Shown here one piece after another: positions 20,533 to 31,334 of a DNA stretch of 64,000 bases. This DNA comes from Terriglobia bacterium. GTDB lineage: Bacteria; Acidobacteriota; Terriglobia; 2-12-FULL-54-10. The notes beneath the pieces are model-generated. The model did not search any database, was not told the origin of the DNA, and saw only the letters and a program-made list of their open reading frames with translations. Within the stretch, counting starts at the first letter, position 1. The number at the start of each line of letters is the position of its first letter. The DNA is taken from the NCBI GenBank assembly GCA_963666975.2, contig CAXVYR010000003.1, positions 96,001 to 160,000 of the forward strand. The letters are read 5' to 3'. The translations under genes and the position numbers were made by a program.

Positions 20533-20888
20533 CCTGTGCCTCTGGCTGTGTGCCCCTAGCCTTCTTGCGCGCATTCTACCATAAAGCAAATCCCCTTCGG
20601 GCAAGGGGGGGCAATCCTTATTTGTTTGGCTACAGAGACACGGAGACACGGAGGATATCAAGGGCTCCTATTAAAGCTGCTGCCGTACCTTAACTTGCCG
20701 GCACCCCAATTATGCCTGCGGTCAAGTTTTTCCAGGTTCTTGCTGCTCTGCGCTTCTGGGACTCTGCGGCTAACCCTATTTTAAGGTCGCTCGGGCAGGA
20801 TCGGGCTTGCCCCGCCCGCTGGAGGAGGGATAAGATAAGGCTGGAATACGAGTGCCCGGCGGGTTTGCCGGGCCGGGGATGGAATCCG

Positions 20889-21692
20889 ATGCCGTATCGA
20901 TTCTGCCTTGTGGCAGCCGTCCTGGTTTGGGGAAGTTTCTGGCCTGGGGAATTGCTTGGAGCAGGCCTCACGCCGGAGTCCCGCATGGCCATCATCCGCG
21001 GCCTGACGGCCGAATATGCCACCGTGAAGGTTTCTCTGCCGCGCGGCGAGAAAGGGTTGATGGTGGACACGCAGGGCGCGGTCGATGAAGCAGCGCTGCT
21101 CCGCGAGATCACGCAGAATGGAACTGCTATACCGCCGAATGTGCTCGTCCAGATCACGGCAATCGAGTTCAAGGGCAAGGAGATTGTTTTTGAGATCAAT
21201 GGAGGCGGCAAGAGCAAGTCGAAATGGTACGAGCACATCGAAGTGGGGATGGGAAGCGGCACGTACCCCGTCTCGCAGGGAAGCGGCAAAGCCCCGACCG
21301 GCTCGTCCGTCATTTTGAAATTTTCACAAAGCCTTCCGGACCTGACGGTGGACGAATTGAAAAGTTATCTGGGCCCCGTGCTGGATTTCAATCCGGTCTC
21401 TCCCATACAGACCTTTTCCCGCCCGATTCCGCCCGAGTTTCTCGAGGCTATCGAGGCGAAGCAGGCGGCCATCGGGATGGACCGGCAGATGGTGCAGATG
21501 GCGATGGGACACCCGCAACACAAAGTGCGCGAAACCAAGGACGGCGTGGAGCAAGAGGATTGGATCTATGGAACGCTTCCCCAGAAGGTGATCTTTGTGA
21601 CCTTTGAGGGGGATGAAGTGGTGGACATAAAAGAGTACCGGAGTGGCGTCACCGGGCAAACCCAGCCGCCTTTGAAAGACCCGATCCGTTGA
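20889..21692 (+). CDS. Exported hypothetical protein with SmpA/BamE-like C-terminal segment
   Basis: Signal-like N-terminus; IGMDRQMVQMAMGHP..EDWIYG..VTFEGDEV. Confidence 0.65.
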   Translation: MPYRFCLVAAVLVWGSFWPGELLGAGLTPESRMAIIRGLTAEYATVKVSLPRGEKGLMVDTQGAVDEAALLREITQNGTAIPPNVLVQITAIEFKGKEIVFEINGGGKSKSKWYEHIEVGMGSGTYPVSQGSGKAPTGSSVILKFSQSLPDLTVDELKSYLGPVLDFNPVSPIQTFSRPIPPEFLEAIEAKQAAIGMDRQMVQMAMGHPQHKVRETKDGVEQEDWIYGTLPQKVIFVTFEGDEVVDIKEYRSGVTGQTQPPLKDPIR

Positions 21693-21752
21693 TGGTTTTT
21701 CTCGGAAGGCAATCTGTGACAAGTTTTGAGTAAATGGGAATGGAGTGAGGCA

Positions 21753-21986
21753 ATGAAGATCAAGATCGAATACTGTTCTCGCTGAAACTATGAGCCTCGT
21801 GCCGTCAGTTTGACGGGGAAAATCCTGGAAGAGTTTAAGGAACGAATCACCCACCTGCAACTGGAGCCTTATTCAGACGGCCGTTTCGAAGTATTCCTGA
21901 ACGGCGATAAGATTTACTCCAAGAAGCAAACCCACGAGTTTCCTGAATACACCGAGATTCAGGCCGCCCTTGCCAAAAAGCGTTGA
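21753..21986 (+). CDS. SelW/SelT/SelH (Rdx-family) selenoprotein, 77 aa, TGA=Sec at 21783-21785
   Basis: MKIKIEYCSR-U-NYEPRAVSL..GRFEVFLNGDKIYSKK..EFP (CxxU); RBS GGAG/GAGG; absent from ORF track. Confidence 0.9.
21786..21818 (+). promoter_or_regulatory. Bacterial SECIS element
   Basis: CCGTCA-GTT-TGACGG hairpin (21802-21816) with G-initiated apical loop 22 nt after the UGA. Confidence 0.75.
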
Positions 21987-22069
21987 TTTCGACCGCCGGC
22001 TTGACCCCTTAGATATGCTTCCCGGGTTCATGGGTGAAAAGCGGGTCAATCCTGGCGGTGCGCCAGGAT

Positions 22070-22128
22070 TAGTTGCCAGGGTTACTAGTCAGGGTTACTT
22101 GCCAGGGTTACTTGCCAGGGTTACTTGC
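22070..22128. repeat. 13-bp tandem repeat GCCAGGGTTACTT (about 4 degenerate copies)
   Basis: Read directly; overlaps the 3' end of the methyltransferase gene. Confidence 0.75.
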
Positions 22129-22875
22129 GAGGATCACTTCGGTCGGCACTCCTCGTTGGGTAATCCGGCGTGCCTCGCGGACGGCAAACCCGGCTTCGGG
22201 AAGGTACGCCGCCAGCCGGATAGGCCGGCAGCCGCCCAGCAGGGTGGGAACCAGCCAGTAAAACAATCCCCAGAGCCGGTCAAACCACCGATTACCGAGG
22301 CTCAGGTGCAGCAGCAGCAATCGCCCGGAAGGTTTCAGTACGCGCCGCATCTCCTGGACTGCAATTGCGATGTCGGAGGCGGAGAGCAAATCCAGCATGT
22401 AGCCGGAAAAGAGCAGATCGAAACTGTTATCGGCAAAAGGCAGGGTACGAGCGTCGCACTGGCACAAGGGCGGCGGCGCTTGCGGGGCTGGAAAAATCCG
22501 CCGGTTCGCTCGCCGCAACATGTCGAAGCAGATATCCACTCCAATCGTCGTTCCGCCGGGATTGCTGTCGGCCAGCCGCTCCAGCGCAGTTCCCGGACCT
22601 ACGCCAACCTCCAGCACTTTCTCGCTGTCACGAACTGCCGCCAACTCCAGTGCCAACGCCCTTGCCCGCGTCTCCACCAGCCGCTCCCAAATGCCGTACA
22701 AGGGCAGCAAGCGCGTATAGATGCCGCGAATCTCTTCATCGCGCAGTTTTGCGGGTGTAGATTCTTCGACGTACACGGAAAATGGCTGTCCCTTTCCTTT
22801 GTCCAACGGCGATTTTGCATCACCTCTATCGTTTTCGCAAATGGTGCAGACCGCTCTGCCATCGGGACCAGGCAT
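22108..22875 (-). CDS. Class I SAM-dependent methyltransferase (UbiE-like)
   Basis: VLEVGVGPG, GVDI..DML, DARTLPFADNSFD, RVLKPSG; start uncertain. Confidence 0.85.
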   Translation of the reverse strand: MPGPDGRAVCTICENDRGDAKSPLDKGKGQPFSVYVEESTPAKLRDEEIRGIYTRLLPLYGIWERLVETRARALALELAAVRDSEKVLEVGVGPGTALERLADSNPGGTTIGVDICFDMLRRANRRIFPAPQAPPPLCQCDARTLPFADNSFDLLFSGYMLDLLSASDIAIAVQEMRRVLKPSGRLLLLHLSLGNRWFDRLWGLFYWLVPTLLGGCRPIRLAAYLPEAGFAVREARRITQRGVPTEVILASNPGK

Positions 22876-23030
22876 CCTCCTGGGCTGTCATCCTGAGCGC
22901 AACCCGGCAGCCCGATGGCAGCTTCGTACTGCGCTCCGTTCAGTTTTCCGGCAGTACGGAAACACGCAATCTGACTCCCTAACTTTGTCCCTAACTGCGC
23001 GTTGAGCAAACGAAGCCGGAGGGTTACTGG

Positions 23031-23543
23031 TTAAAAGAAAAGGTATTTCCGCCATTGCTGGTCCCCATTGCCGATGAGACGAATCAGGTGGCGGTTGGTA
23101 TGCAGGTTGAAAGGGCGCGGCTGGCGCAACAGCTTCATCCCTGCACCCGCCGGGGTGCGGTCGCCTTTCCGGTTGTTGCAGGAGTGGCAGCAAGCCACGA
23201 GGTTCTCCCAGGTGGATTTTCCTCCTTGCGATCTGGGCAGCACATGATCGAGCGTCAGCTCGGAGGCAGGCAGCACCCGGGCGCAAAACTGGCAGGTATG
23301 CCGGTCGCGAATGAGGATATTTTTACGGGACAGAGCGCGCGACTCGTAGGGAATCCGCCGGTATTCCAGCAGGCGAATCACGGAGGGAATCCGCAAGGCC
23401 AGGCTGGCTGCATGAACGGTCCCGTTGGATTCCTCCTCTGCCGAAGCCGCCCCTTTGAGGATCAGAATGATGGCGCGGCGGGCCCCGCAGACATTCACCG
23501 GCTCATAGGTGGCATTCAATACCAGCACGGGAGAGTGCAGCAT
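23031..23543 (-). CDS. HNH endonuclease (McrA-like)
   Basis: [44 protein letters not shown]. Confidence 0.92.
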   Translation of the reverse strand: MLHSPVLVLNATYEPVNVCGARRAIILILKGAASAEEESNGTVHAASLALRIPSVIRLLEYRRIPYESRALSRKNILIRDRHTCQFCARVLPASELTLDHVLPRSQGGKSTWENLVACCHSCNNRKGDRTPAGAGMKLLRQPRPFNLHTNRHLIRLIGNGDQQWRKYLFF

Positions 23544-23620
23544 GGTTCCCATTTCCCAGCAAACTCGGTCAGGCATCACCGGCTCCAACGGGCATCGGCG
23601 GGGCGAACCCACACTGTAAA

Positions 23621-24472
23621 TTATAATACATCCGCGTCTTCTGGATGCGCTCGCGCCAGCGTGACCACCGAAACGCTCCGGGCCCCGGCGTCGAGCAAGG
23701 CCTGAGCGCAGGCATTCACAGTCGCCCCTGTGGTGATTACGTCGTCAACCAGCAGCAGGCGGCGCGAGTGCACCCGCTCGGGCCGGGGGACTTCAAAAGC
23801 TCCGTCGACATTTTTTCGCCGCTCCGGCGCCCTCAGGCCCGTCTGGGGCCGTGTGTCCCGCATGCGCACACAATCTTCCGCGCTGACTCGAATGCCGCGA
23901 ACCTTGGCGCGAACCTCGGATAGTTCAGCGGATAGCGCAGCAGCCAGAAGCGCCGCCTGATTGAAACCCCTGCGGCGCTGGCGCTTGGCGTGAAGCGGGA
24001 CCGGCAACACCAGATCAAAAAACGGTGCGTCGAGCCGCTGGACGGTATTGGCTAAATACGTTCCGAGAGGTCTGGCCAGAGGCCGGAAACCGTCGTACTT
24101 GAGATGGTGAATCAGGCTGCGCAGGACGCCTTCATACCGGCCGAAGCTGCGGGCCTGTTCAAAGACGAACGCCCCTTGCAGGCAGAGCCCGCAATGAAGA
24201 GTCTCCTGCAGGACAGCGGCCCCGCGCAGGAACAACCCGCACCCCGCGCACTCCAATCCTGCATAAGGACGAGCCGCGCGCAGGCAAGCTGCGCAGACGG
24301 GAACCCGTGTGAAACCCTCGATGGAAGACTGGCAAACTCGGCAGGAGGCGGGAAATACAAGAGAGAAGAGAGAGTCCCAGACCACCCGCGAAGATTGAAT
24401 CCGCGCTGTGAACCGGCTAGGTCTAGAAGCAGTTGAGGTGGGTTTGAAGATCAGCCTCCACAGAGCAAACAA
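23621..24472 (-). CDS. comF: ComF-family amidophosphoribosyltransferase-like protein
   Basis: Double Zn-ribbon, [24 protein letters not shown]; start uncertain. Confidence 0.85.
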   Translation of the reverse strand: MFALWRLIFKPTSTASRPSRFTARIQSSRVVWDSLFSLVFPASCRVCQSSIEGFTRVPVCAACLRAARPYAGLECAGCGLFLRGAAVLQETLHCGLCLQGAFVFEQARSFGRYEGVLRSLIHHLKYDGFRPLARPLGTYLANTVQRLDAPFFDLVLPVPLHAKRQRRRGFNQAALLAAALSAELSEVRAKVRGIRVSAEDCVRMRDTRPQTGLRAPERRKNVDGAFEVPRPERVHSRRLLLVDDVITTGATVNACAQALLDAGARSVSVVTLARAHPEDADVL

Positions 24473-24545
24473 GCTGCCGGGCGGAAGCGAGGCGTCTGTT
24501 TCATTATTTCTCCGCCCAATGGATTGAGACCCAATGTTGGAGCGA

Positions 24546-24905
24546 CTATGTTTCGAGCAAGCCGCGTTCTTGCTTTTCCTGGCACTCGATGCAGTGCCGA
24601 GCCCAAGGCACGGCCTCCAGCCGCTTTACTTGCATGTCCCCGCCGCACGCTACGCAGGCGCCAAATTCCTTGCGATTGAACCGCTCCAGGGCCTCATTGA
24701 TCAATTGCAAAATAAATCGGTCCTCGCTGCTTTGCTTAAAGAGAAATTCTTTTGTGTAGGAATTGGTCGCTTTGTCTGCGATATCCGGTGCGACCTCTTC
24801 GTCGGCTTCGCGTCCGTCCTGTTCGGTCTTTGAAACAGTTTCTTGCAATTGCTGTTTTCTTTCGAGCAGCCGCTTTTTATAAAGTTCAATCCGCTTCTTA
24901 TCCAT
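24546..24905 (-). CDS. TraR/DksA-family C4 zinc-finger transcription factor
   Basis: PDIADKAT coiled-coil tip; CVACG..RLEAVPWARHCIEC. Confidence 0.9.
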   Translation of the reverse strand: MDKKRIELYKKRLLERKQQLQETVSKTEQDGREADEEVAPDIADKATNSYTKEFLFKQSSEDRFILQLINEALERFNRKEFGACVACGGDMQVKRLEAVPWARHCIECQEKQERGLLET

Positions 24906-25210
24906 GCGAACCAGCCCCGGAGTGCCCATAGGGATTTGCCTAACTAGAGCTTTCTCAAACTAACCGCTGATTGTAGTTAGAAAAGTTTCTTTGTGTCAAG
25001 CAGGCCAATCCCTTCCACTCGGAGGAACAACCTGGAAGCCCGGCCGGTTCAGCCGGGCTCGTTGTGAACACCCTGAAATCAGGTAACCGGACCTAACTTT
25101 TCTCGCTCTGCTCGCGCAATTTGGCGATGACGGCCGGATCGGCCAGCGTCGAGGTGTCTCCCAGCGCGCGGCCTTCGGAATCAAATGGATCTTTATATCA
25201 GCCGGACCCT

Positions 25211-27316
25211 CTACTCGTTTTCGCCGAACCGTTTCACGTCTTCCGGACCTTCTTTTAATTTGACGGGGGCCTCTCCTTGAACCTCCTTCCGAATTATTTC
25301 TACGACATCCGGGTTCGCCAGGGTCGTGACGTCTCCCGTGTCCATGGTGTTTGAGATGGCGGCGAGCACACGACGCATGATCTTTCCCGACCGGGTCTTC
25401 GGCAGGTCCGGCACGATATGAACCTGCTTCGGTCGAGCGAACTTTCCAATCATAGATTCCAGGGTGGTAACAATCTTCCCCGCAACCTGCTTTTCGTCCG
25501 CGGCGTCCGGCTTCAGAGAAACGTAGACCACAGGCATCCGGCCTTTGATCTCGTCGACGATCGGGACGACTGCCGCCTCCGCCACTTCCGGGACCGTGAG
25601 ACAAGCCGACTCGAGCTCTTTGGTGCCCAGGCGGTGGCCGGCCACGTTGATTACATCGTCGACCCGGCCCAAGATGCGAAAGTAGCCGTCCGGAGCGAGC
25701 ACGCACGCGTCCGAGGCAAAATAGGGCCAGTCGCGCCAGTCCTTGCTGTCCCGGTTTTTGCAGTACTTCGCATAGTACTGTTGCACAAAGCGGTCGTTGT
25801 CCCTCCAAATGGTCTGCATGATCCCGGGCCAGGGGTTCCGAATGGAGATATTGCCCGCCCCGCTGGAACCGGTTGGGACCTCGTGGCCGTGCTCGTCATA
25901 AATGATCGGAAAGATACCGAGAGCGGGCGGTCCCGTGCTGCCGGGCTTCATCGGATCGAGGGCGGGTTTCGTGGAACAGAGGAAACCGCCGGTTTCCGTC
26001 TGCCACCAAGTGTCCACAATAGCGGCTTCCCCCTTGCCGACGACATCGTGATACCACCGCCAGGTCTCGGGTTCGATCGGCTCGCCGACCGAGGTCATGT
26101 GCTTGAAATGGTATTGGTACTTTTTGGGCTCATCCGGGCCGACCTTCCTTAGCATGCGGATCGCCGTCGGCGAGGTATGGAAGATATTCACATCCAGCTG
26201 CTCGGCGATTCGCCAAGACCGTCCCGCATCCGGATAGGTGGGAACACCTTCATAGATGACGCTGGTGGCGGCCAAGGCCAGCGGGCCATAAACGATGTAA
26301 GAATGACCCGTGATCCAGCCGATATCCGCCATGCACCAGTAGACGTCCTCGGGATGAATGTCCTGGTAATACTTGGAGGTTCCCGTGACATAGGCCATGT
26401 AGCCGCCGGTCCGGTGCTGGCAACCCTTGGGCTTGCCGGTTGTCCCGCTCGTGTACATCAGGAAAATGGGATCTTCCGCATCCATCGAAACCGGCTCGAC
26501 TTTCTTGCTCTTGAAATCCTTCAAGACCTCATCCATGAAATAATCGCGGCCTTCCACCATGGGCTTCGCCGACATATACTCGCCTCGGCGGCGCCGCCAA
26601 ACGAGGATTTTGTCAATTTTCTGCCCTTCCTTCTTAGCGGTTTCCACGGCGACGTCGGCGCTCGGTTTGTGATCTACAACCTTCCCGTTCCGATAGTAGC
26701 CATCGGCGTAAATCATGACGCGGCTTCCGGAGTCGGCCGCGCGAAGGCCGGCGGATTCGCCGCTGAATCCTCCGAATACCACGGAGTGGATGACGCCCAG
26801 CCGTGCGCAGGCCAACATCGTGATCGGCAACTCCAGAATCATGGGCATGTGAATCGTGACGCGGTCGCCCGCCTTGAGCCCACAGAAGTCGCGCAGAACC
26901 GCTGCCACTTCGTTCACCCGAACAAACAGTTCCTGGTAGGTGAGGGCGTAAACCGGCTCGTCCTCCGGTTCAGGGACAAAAATGAGCGCGGCCTTATTCT
27001 TGTACTTCGCTATGTGCCGATCCACGCAGTTGTAACAGGCATTGAGCTTTCCGCCCACAAACCATTTCCAAAAAGGTGGGTTGCTGGTATCCAGCGTGGT
27101 GGACCAGTACCGATCCCAGATCAGCATGTCAGCATATTCTTTGAAGCATTCCGGGAAATTTTCCTCCTTGAACCGTTCCACGACGGCGGGATCCACAAGA
27201 TTCGCCTGCCCGATGAACTTCGCACCGGGATGCACATACTCCTCTTCCTTCCAGTGGACAGCAATTTGTGCCTCGCTAACCTTGGTTCCTTGTCCAACCT
27301 TTGAACGGGTAGCCAT
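25211..27316 (-). CDS. acs: Acetate--CoA ligase
   Basis: YTSGTTGKPKG, WCMADIGWITGHSY, DTWWQTETGG, LPKTRSGKIMRR. Confidence 0.96.
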   Translation of the reverse strand: MATRSKVGQGTKVSEAQIAVHWKEEEYVHPGAKFIGQANLVDPAVVERFKEENFPECFKEYADMLIWDRYWSTTLDTSNPPFWKWFVGGKLNACYNCVDRHIAKYKNKAALIFVPEPEDEPVYALTYQELFVRVNEVAAVLRDFCGLKAGDRVTIHMPMILELPITMLACARLGVIHSVVFGGFSGESAGLRAADSGSRVMIYADGYYRNGKVVDHKPSADVAVETAKKEGQKIDKILVWRRRRGEYMSAKPMVEGRDYFMDEVLKDFKSKKVEPVSMDAEDPIFLMYTSGTTGKPKGCQHRTGGYMAYVTGTSKYYQDIHPEDVYWCMADIGWITGHSYIVYGPLALAATSVIYEGVPTYPDAGRSWRIAEQLDVNIFHTSPTAIRMLRKVGPDEPKKYQYHFKHMTSVGEPIEPETWRWYHDVVGKGEAAIVDTWWQTETGGFLCSTKPALDPMKPGSTGPPALGIFPIIYDEHGHEVPTGSSGAGNISIRNPWPGIMQTIWRDNDRFVQQYYAKYCKNRDSKDWRDWPYFASDACVLAPDGYFRILGRVDDVINVAGHRLGTKELESACLTVPEVAEAAVVPIVDEIKGRMPVVYVSLKPDAADEKQVAGKIVTTLESMIGKFARPKQVHIVPDLPKTRSGKIMRRVLAAISNTMDTGDVTTLANPDVVEIIRKEVQGEAPVKLKEGPEDVKRFGENE

Positions 27317-27714
27317 AATTACAACCTCCTTTTTTTTCCTGCTTCAACGTTTGTTATATTCTATGTAAGCCTTATGTATTGGCAAAAGGAAGAAAAACTG
27401 GCGACGAAGGAAGCAAAGACCTCTCGTGTTCTGGGGGATGCTTCCGCTTTCTTCTTCGACGCCATTGGGCCTCCTTAGTGTGCGGATGGAGTTAGATGGA
27501 AACTGGCAGTCGATAGCCTCCTCGGCCATCTGCGGGGGTTATTATGGGATGAGAAGTCGAATGAGACAAGGGTTTTCTGGCGGTGGCGGTAAACGAATTG
27601 ACAGGGTTGAGGATATGATTGACCCTTTTCATTTCATGCGGCTTGACACTTTGCCTGGTTTCCGGTACCCCTCGGAGGATTCAAGGATTCAAGGATTCTT
27701 GGATGAGGTTCGGT

Positions 27715-28419
27715 ATGGGCTTTTGGAATCTCAGCCGCGTTCCGGAGCCGGAGGAAATGGATGAGGCAGAGCAGGTGGAGAGCTACAGCTCTGCGGCCAC
27801 CGCCCGGCATCTGGACGCGATTGACAATACGTTTGTCGAGCATCTGCTCCGCCTGTTCGTAACGCAGGGAAGAGCGCCCGGCGCCCTCGCGTGGGGATTG
27901 GATGTAGGCACGGGACCGGCACAGATCCCCATCAAGGTGCTGGCCAAGGTTCCGGGCCTCAAACTAATCGGCCTGGACCGTTCGCAGAACATGCTGGCCC
28001 GTGCCCGCCGGAATGCGGAACGGGCAGGAGTGGCAGACCGGCTGACCCTTTCTACAGGCGACGGCCATTCGCTGCCGTTCCCGGATGGTGCATTTTCCGT
28101 CGTGCTGTGCAATTCCATGTTGCACCATGCCCGCCAGCCCGTGCAGTTGTTGCGGGAGATGGCGCGGGTTGCCGCACCCGGCGCTGCGGTGCTCTTGCGG
28201 GACCTCCGGCGCCCCCTGCGTCCATTTCTTGGCTGGCATCTGTGGCGGCACGGCAGGCGCTACCGGGGGCTGATGAGAGAATTGTTTGAGGACAGCGTGC
28301 GAGCGGCTTATACGCTGGAAGAGTTGGAGCAATTCCTGCGGGAGGCGCGACTAGAGAGAGTTCGGGCCTTTCGTTGCAGGGGAGCCCACATTGGGTTCGA
28401 GCGGAGGGAACAACGCTAG
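27715..28419 (+). CDS. Class I SAM-dependent methyltransferase
   Basis: RVPEPEEMD, LDVGTGPA, GLDRSQNML, NSMLHH, RDLRRP. Confidence 0.85.
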   Translation: MGFWNLSRVPEPEEMDEAEQVESYSSAATARHLDAIDNTFVEHLLRLFVTQGRAPGALAWGLDVGTGPAQIPIKVLAKVPGLKLIGLDRSQNMLARARRNAERAGVADRLTLSTGDGHSLPFPDGAFSVVLCNSMLHHARQPVQLLREMARVAAPGAAVLLRDLRRPLRPFLGWHLWRHGRRYRGLMRELFEDSVRAAYTLEELEQFLREARLERVRAFRCRGAHIGFERREQR

Positions 28420-28455
28420 TTCTGGGCTGCGTTTGTGCGGCAAGCCCGTTTTTAA

Positions 28456-28484
28456 TTGACAAAACGGGGACCATGCGGTAGCTT
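28456..28484 (+). promoter_or_regulatory. Putative sigma70 promoter of the his operon
   Basis: TTGACA-17 bp-TAGCTT just upstream of the leader ORF. Confidence 0.6.
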
Positions 28485-28493
28485 TGAAAAATC

Positions 28494-28544
28494 ATGGTTC
28501 TGATGCTGCACATCCACCGACACCACCATCGCTGCGATGCGTGA
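28494..28544 (+). CDS. hisL: His operon leader peptide MVLMLHIHRHHHRCDA
   Basis: 5 His codons within 7 codons, directly upstream of the attenuator and hisI. Confidence 0.8.
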   Translation: MVLMLHIHRHHHRCDA

Positions 28545-28592
28545 CAGCTGAACCGTGCCTTCTGAATTTATTTTCTAGTTTGGATTTGGCCG

Positions 28593-28628
28593 ACCCGCTG
28601 GCACGCGCCCAGTGGGTTTTTTATTTTC
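28593..28628 (+). terminator. his attenuator terminator
   Basis: ACCCGCTGG/CCAGTGGGT stem plus T-run; CGTGCC (28554-59) can pair with GGCACG (28600-05). Confidence 0.75.
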
Positions 28629-28648
28629 CATAAAGCGAGGAAGAAAAC

Positions 28649-29095
28649 GTGACAGCAGAAGCTGCGATGCAAATCGATTTCGACAAAGGGAACGGTCTGC
28701 TCCCCGCCGTGATCCAGGAATCCGGAACGGGAAGAGTTTTGATGCTTGGCTACATGAACCCGGAGGCGTTGCAAAAGACGCTCGAATCCGGCTACGTTAC
28801 ATTTTTCAGCCGTTCTCGCAACACCCTCTGGGTCAAGGGAGAAAGCTCGGGCCACGTCTTAAAGGTCCGGGAAGTCCAGGTGGATTGCGATCAGGATGCG
28901 CTGGTAGTGATGGCGGAACAGCTCGGCCCCGGAACTTGCCACAGGGGCTACCGCTCTTGCTTTTATCGCCGGATTCAGGACGGAGCGCTGGTGGAGACCG
29001 AGCGCCCTGCCTTTGATCCTCGCCAGGTTTACGGAAGTTCCTCCGCCAGCCCTTCCCCGGCAGAAGGACCGGCTAAATCCAACCGCAAGGAGTGA
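28649..29095 (+). CDS. hisI: Phosphoribosyl-AMP cyclohydrolase (monofunctional)
   Basis: [37 protein letters not shown]; no HisE domain. Confidence 0.95.
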   Translation: MTAEAAMQIDFDKGNGLLPAVIQESGTGRVLMLGYMNPEALQKTLESGYVTFFSRSRNTLWVKGESSGHVLKVREVQVDCDQDALVVMAEQLGPGTCHRGYRSCFYRRIQDGALVETERPAFDPRQVYGSSSASPSPAEGPAKSNRKE

Positions 29096-29100
29096 TCGCG

Positions 29101-29973
29101 ATGCCTAAACTTCGGCTGGGCATTCCCAAAGGCAGCCTCCAGGAAGCCACCTTCGATTTGTTGCGGCGTGCCGGGTACTTCATTCAGGTAGGTTCCCGCT
29201 CGTACTTTCCCTCGGTGGACGACGAGGAGATGGAGTGCGTGTTGATTCGGGCGCAGGAGATAGCCCGCTACGTAGAAGACGGCGTTCTGGACGCTGGACT
29301 GACGGGCCGGGACTGGGTGCTCGAAAACAACGCGGAGGTGGTCGAGGTGGCCGACCTCGTGTATGCAAAGCAAAGTTTCGGCAAGGTTCGCTGGGTGCTG
29401 GCCGTTCCGGAGTCCTCTCCCATTCAAGGTCCCAGGGACCTCAACGGGAAGGTGGTTGCCACGGAGTTGGTGAAGGTGACCGAAAAGTACCTGGCAGGCT
29501 ACGGTGTCCGCGCCAAGGTGGAGTTTTCCTGGGGCGCAACGGAGGTGAAGCCGCCCGAGCTGGCCGACGCTATCGTGGAAGTCACCGAGACCGGCTCCTC
29601 GCTGCGAGCGAACAAGCTGAAGATTGTCGACACCGTGATGGAGTCCAACACCGTGCTGATCGCCAATTGTTCCTCCTGGAAGGACGAATGGATCAAAGAG
29701 AAATTGGGCAATATCAAGATGCTGCTGGAAGGAGCCATGCTGGCCCACGGCAAAGTCGGCCTGATGCTGAACATCCCCAAGGAAAAGCTCGCCGATGTCC
29801 TGGAACTGTTGCCGGCGTTGAAGCGTCCCACCATCTCGGATTTGAGCGAGACTGGCTGGGTGGCGATCAATACGGTTCTGGAGGAAAAACTCGTTCGGGT
29901 GATTATTCCGAAACTCAAAAAGGCAGGCGCGGAGAACCTTGTGGAATATCCTCTGAATAAAATCGTCATGTAG
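29101..29973 (+). CDS. hisG: ATP phosphoribosyltransferase (long form)
   Basis: [30 protein letters not shown]-terminal regulatory domain. Confidence 0.95.
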   Translation: MPKLRLGIPKGSLQEATFDLLRRAGYFIQVGSRSYFPSVDDEEMECVLIRAQEIARYVEDGVLDAGLTGRDWVLENNAEVVEVADLVYAKQSFGKVRWVLAVPESSPIQGPRDLNGKVVATELVKVTEKYLAGYGVRAKVEFSWGATEVKPPELADAIVEVTETGSSLRANKLKIVDTVMESNTVLIANCSSWKDEWIKEKLGNIKMLLEGAMLAHGKVGLMLNIPKEKLADVLELLPALKRPTISDLSETGWVAINTVLEEKLVRVIIPKLKKAGAENLVEYPLNKIVM

Positions 29974-30016
29974 GCAATTCCTCCGTTTACCGTGGGCTTT
30001 GTCACCAACAGGCAGC

Positions 30017-31300
30017 ATGACCATGCCAACAACCCAATATCCCATTCCGATTCTTTCCGCCCGAAACCGGGGGCATCTGCAGAGGATTTTCTCCCGTCGC
30101 GCCCAGCGTTTGGAGGAGGCTGAGCGGATAGTGGTCCCTCTGATTCGAGCCGTGGTCAAAGAAGGCGACCGAGCCTTGGTCCGCTACGCCCGCAGGTGGG
30201 ACGGTTTTGAGGGAAAACCGGCTGAACTGGCCGTCTCTCGCCGCCGGATAGCGGCCGCCAAACGGGCCGTGACGCCGGGATTTTCTGCGGCGGTGCGGAA
30301 GGCGGCACAAAACATTCGGCGTTACTGCCGCTGGCAAATGCCGCGGCAGTGGCAGCGAAACATGAGCTCCGGCGTCCGTGTGGGGCAATTGATCCGGCCG
30401 CTGGAGAGCGTGGGATGTTATATCCCGGGCGGGCGGTATCCGCTCGCCTCAACGCTGCTCATGACGGCGATTCCGGCGCAGGTGGCCGGCGTGAAGCGGG
30501 TGGTGGTCACTACCCCGAGGCCTGCCCCGGAGATTTTAGTTGCGGCAGACGTGCTCGGGATTCGAGAAATTTATACCGTGGGAGGGGCTCCGGCGATTGC
30601 CGCCCTGGCTTATGGCACAAAGACTATCGCTGCCGTCTCGAAGATTGTAGGGCCGGGGAATGCGTACGTGGCGGCAGCCAAGCGGCTGGTGGCGCGCGAT
30701 ACGGCAATCGACTTTGTAGCCGGGCCGACCGAGGTGCTGCTCATCGCCGAGGATGGCAACCCGGCATGGCTGGCGGCTGACCTTCTGGCTCAGGCCGAAC
30801 ACGACCAGGATGCCACGGCGATTCTGCTGACGCCGTCGGCAAAACTCGCCCAGGCCGTTGCGCGGGCCGCCGGACAGCAGTTGAAAACCTTGCCCACTGG
30901 GAGTCCCGCCGCCAGCGCGCTGCGACGCAACGGAGCGATTGTGGTCGTTCGCGATCGGGAAGAGGCAATTTCGCTGGCCAATCGTTTTGCGCCCGAACAT
31001 CTTTGGGTGCCTGCGGGCTTTCCTTTGGGGCGCATCGACAACGCCGGCGGGGTTTTTGTGGGGCCGTTCAGTCCGGAAGCGGCTGGGGATTATGCCGCCG
31101 GACCGAATCATGTTCTGCCCACCGGCGGCATCGCCCGCCTGCGCGGCGGACTCTCCGTGCTGGACTTTGTGAAGATCATTTCGGTGCAGCAACTGCAACC
31201 GGCCGGCTTGCGGCGGCTGGCTCCCACAATTACGACCCTGGCTCGCGGCGAGGGACTGGAAGCCCATGCCCGGTCGGTGGAAATTCGATTGAGACATTAA
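30017..31300 (+). CDS. hisD: Histidinol dehydrogenase
   Basis: YIPGG, KIVGPGNAYV, AGPTE, LAQAEH, APEHL, GDYAAGPNHVLPT. Confidence 0.96.
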   Translation: MTMPTTQYPIPILSARNRGHLQRIFSRRAQRLEEAERIVVPLIRAVVKEGDRALVRYARRWDGFEGKPAELAVSRRRIAAAKRAVTPGFSAAVRKAAQNIRRYCRWQMPRQWQRNMSSGVRVGQLIRPLESVGCYIPGGRYPLASTLLMTAIPAQVAGVKRVVVTTPRPAPEILVAADVLGIREIYTVGGAPAIAALAYGTKTIAAVSKIVGPGNAYVAAAKRLVARDTAIDFVAGPTEVLLIAEDGNPAWLAADLLAQAEHDQDATAILLTPSAKLAQAVARAAGQQLKTLPTGSPAASALRRNGAIVVVRDREEAISLANRFAPEHLWVPAGFPLGRIDNAGGVFVGPFSPEAAGDYAAGPNHVLPTGGIARLRGGLSVLDFVKIISVQQLQPAGLRRLAPTITTLARGEGLEAHARSVEIRLRH

Positions 31301-31334
31301 GACGTTTAGACATTGAGACCCCGATGACAAAGAG

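Noticed and set aside
23031-23543. HNH gene as a homing or mobile element
   Set aside because: Typical chromosomal McrA-like HNH with no intron, repeats or composition shift
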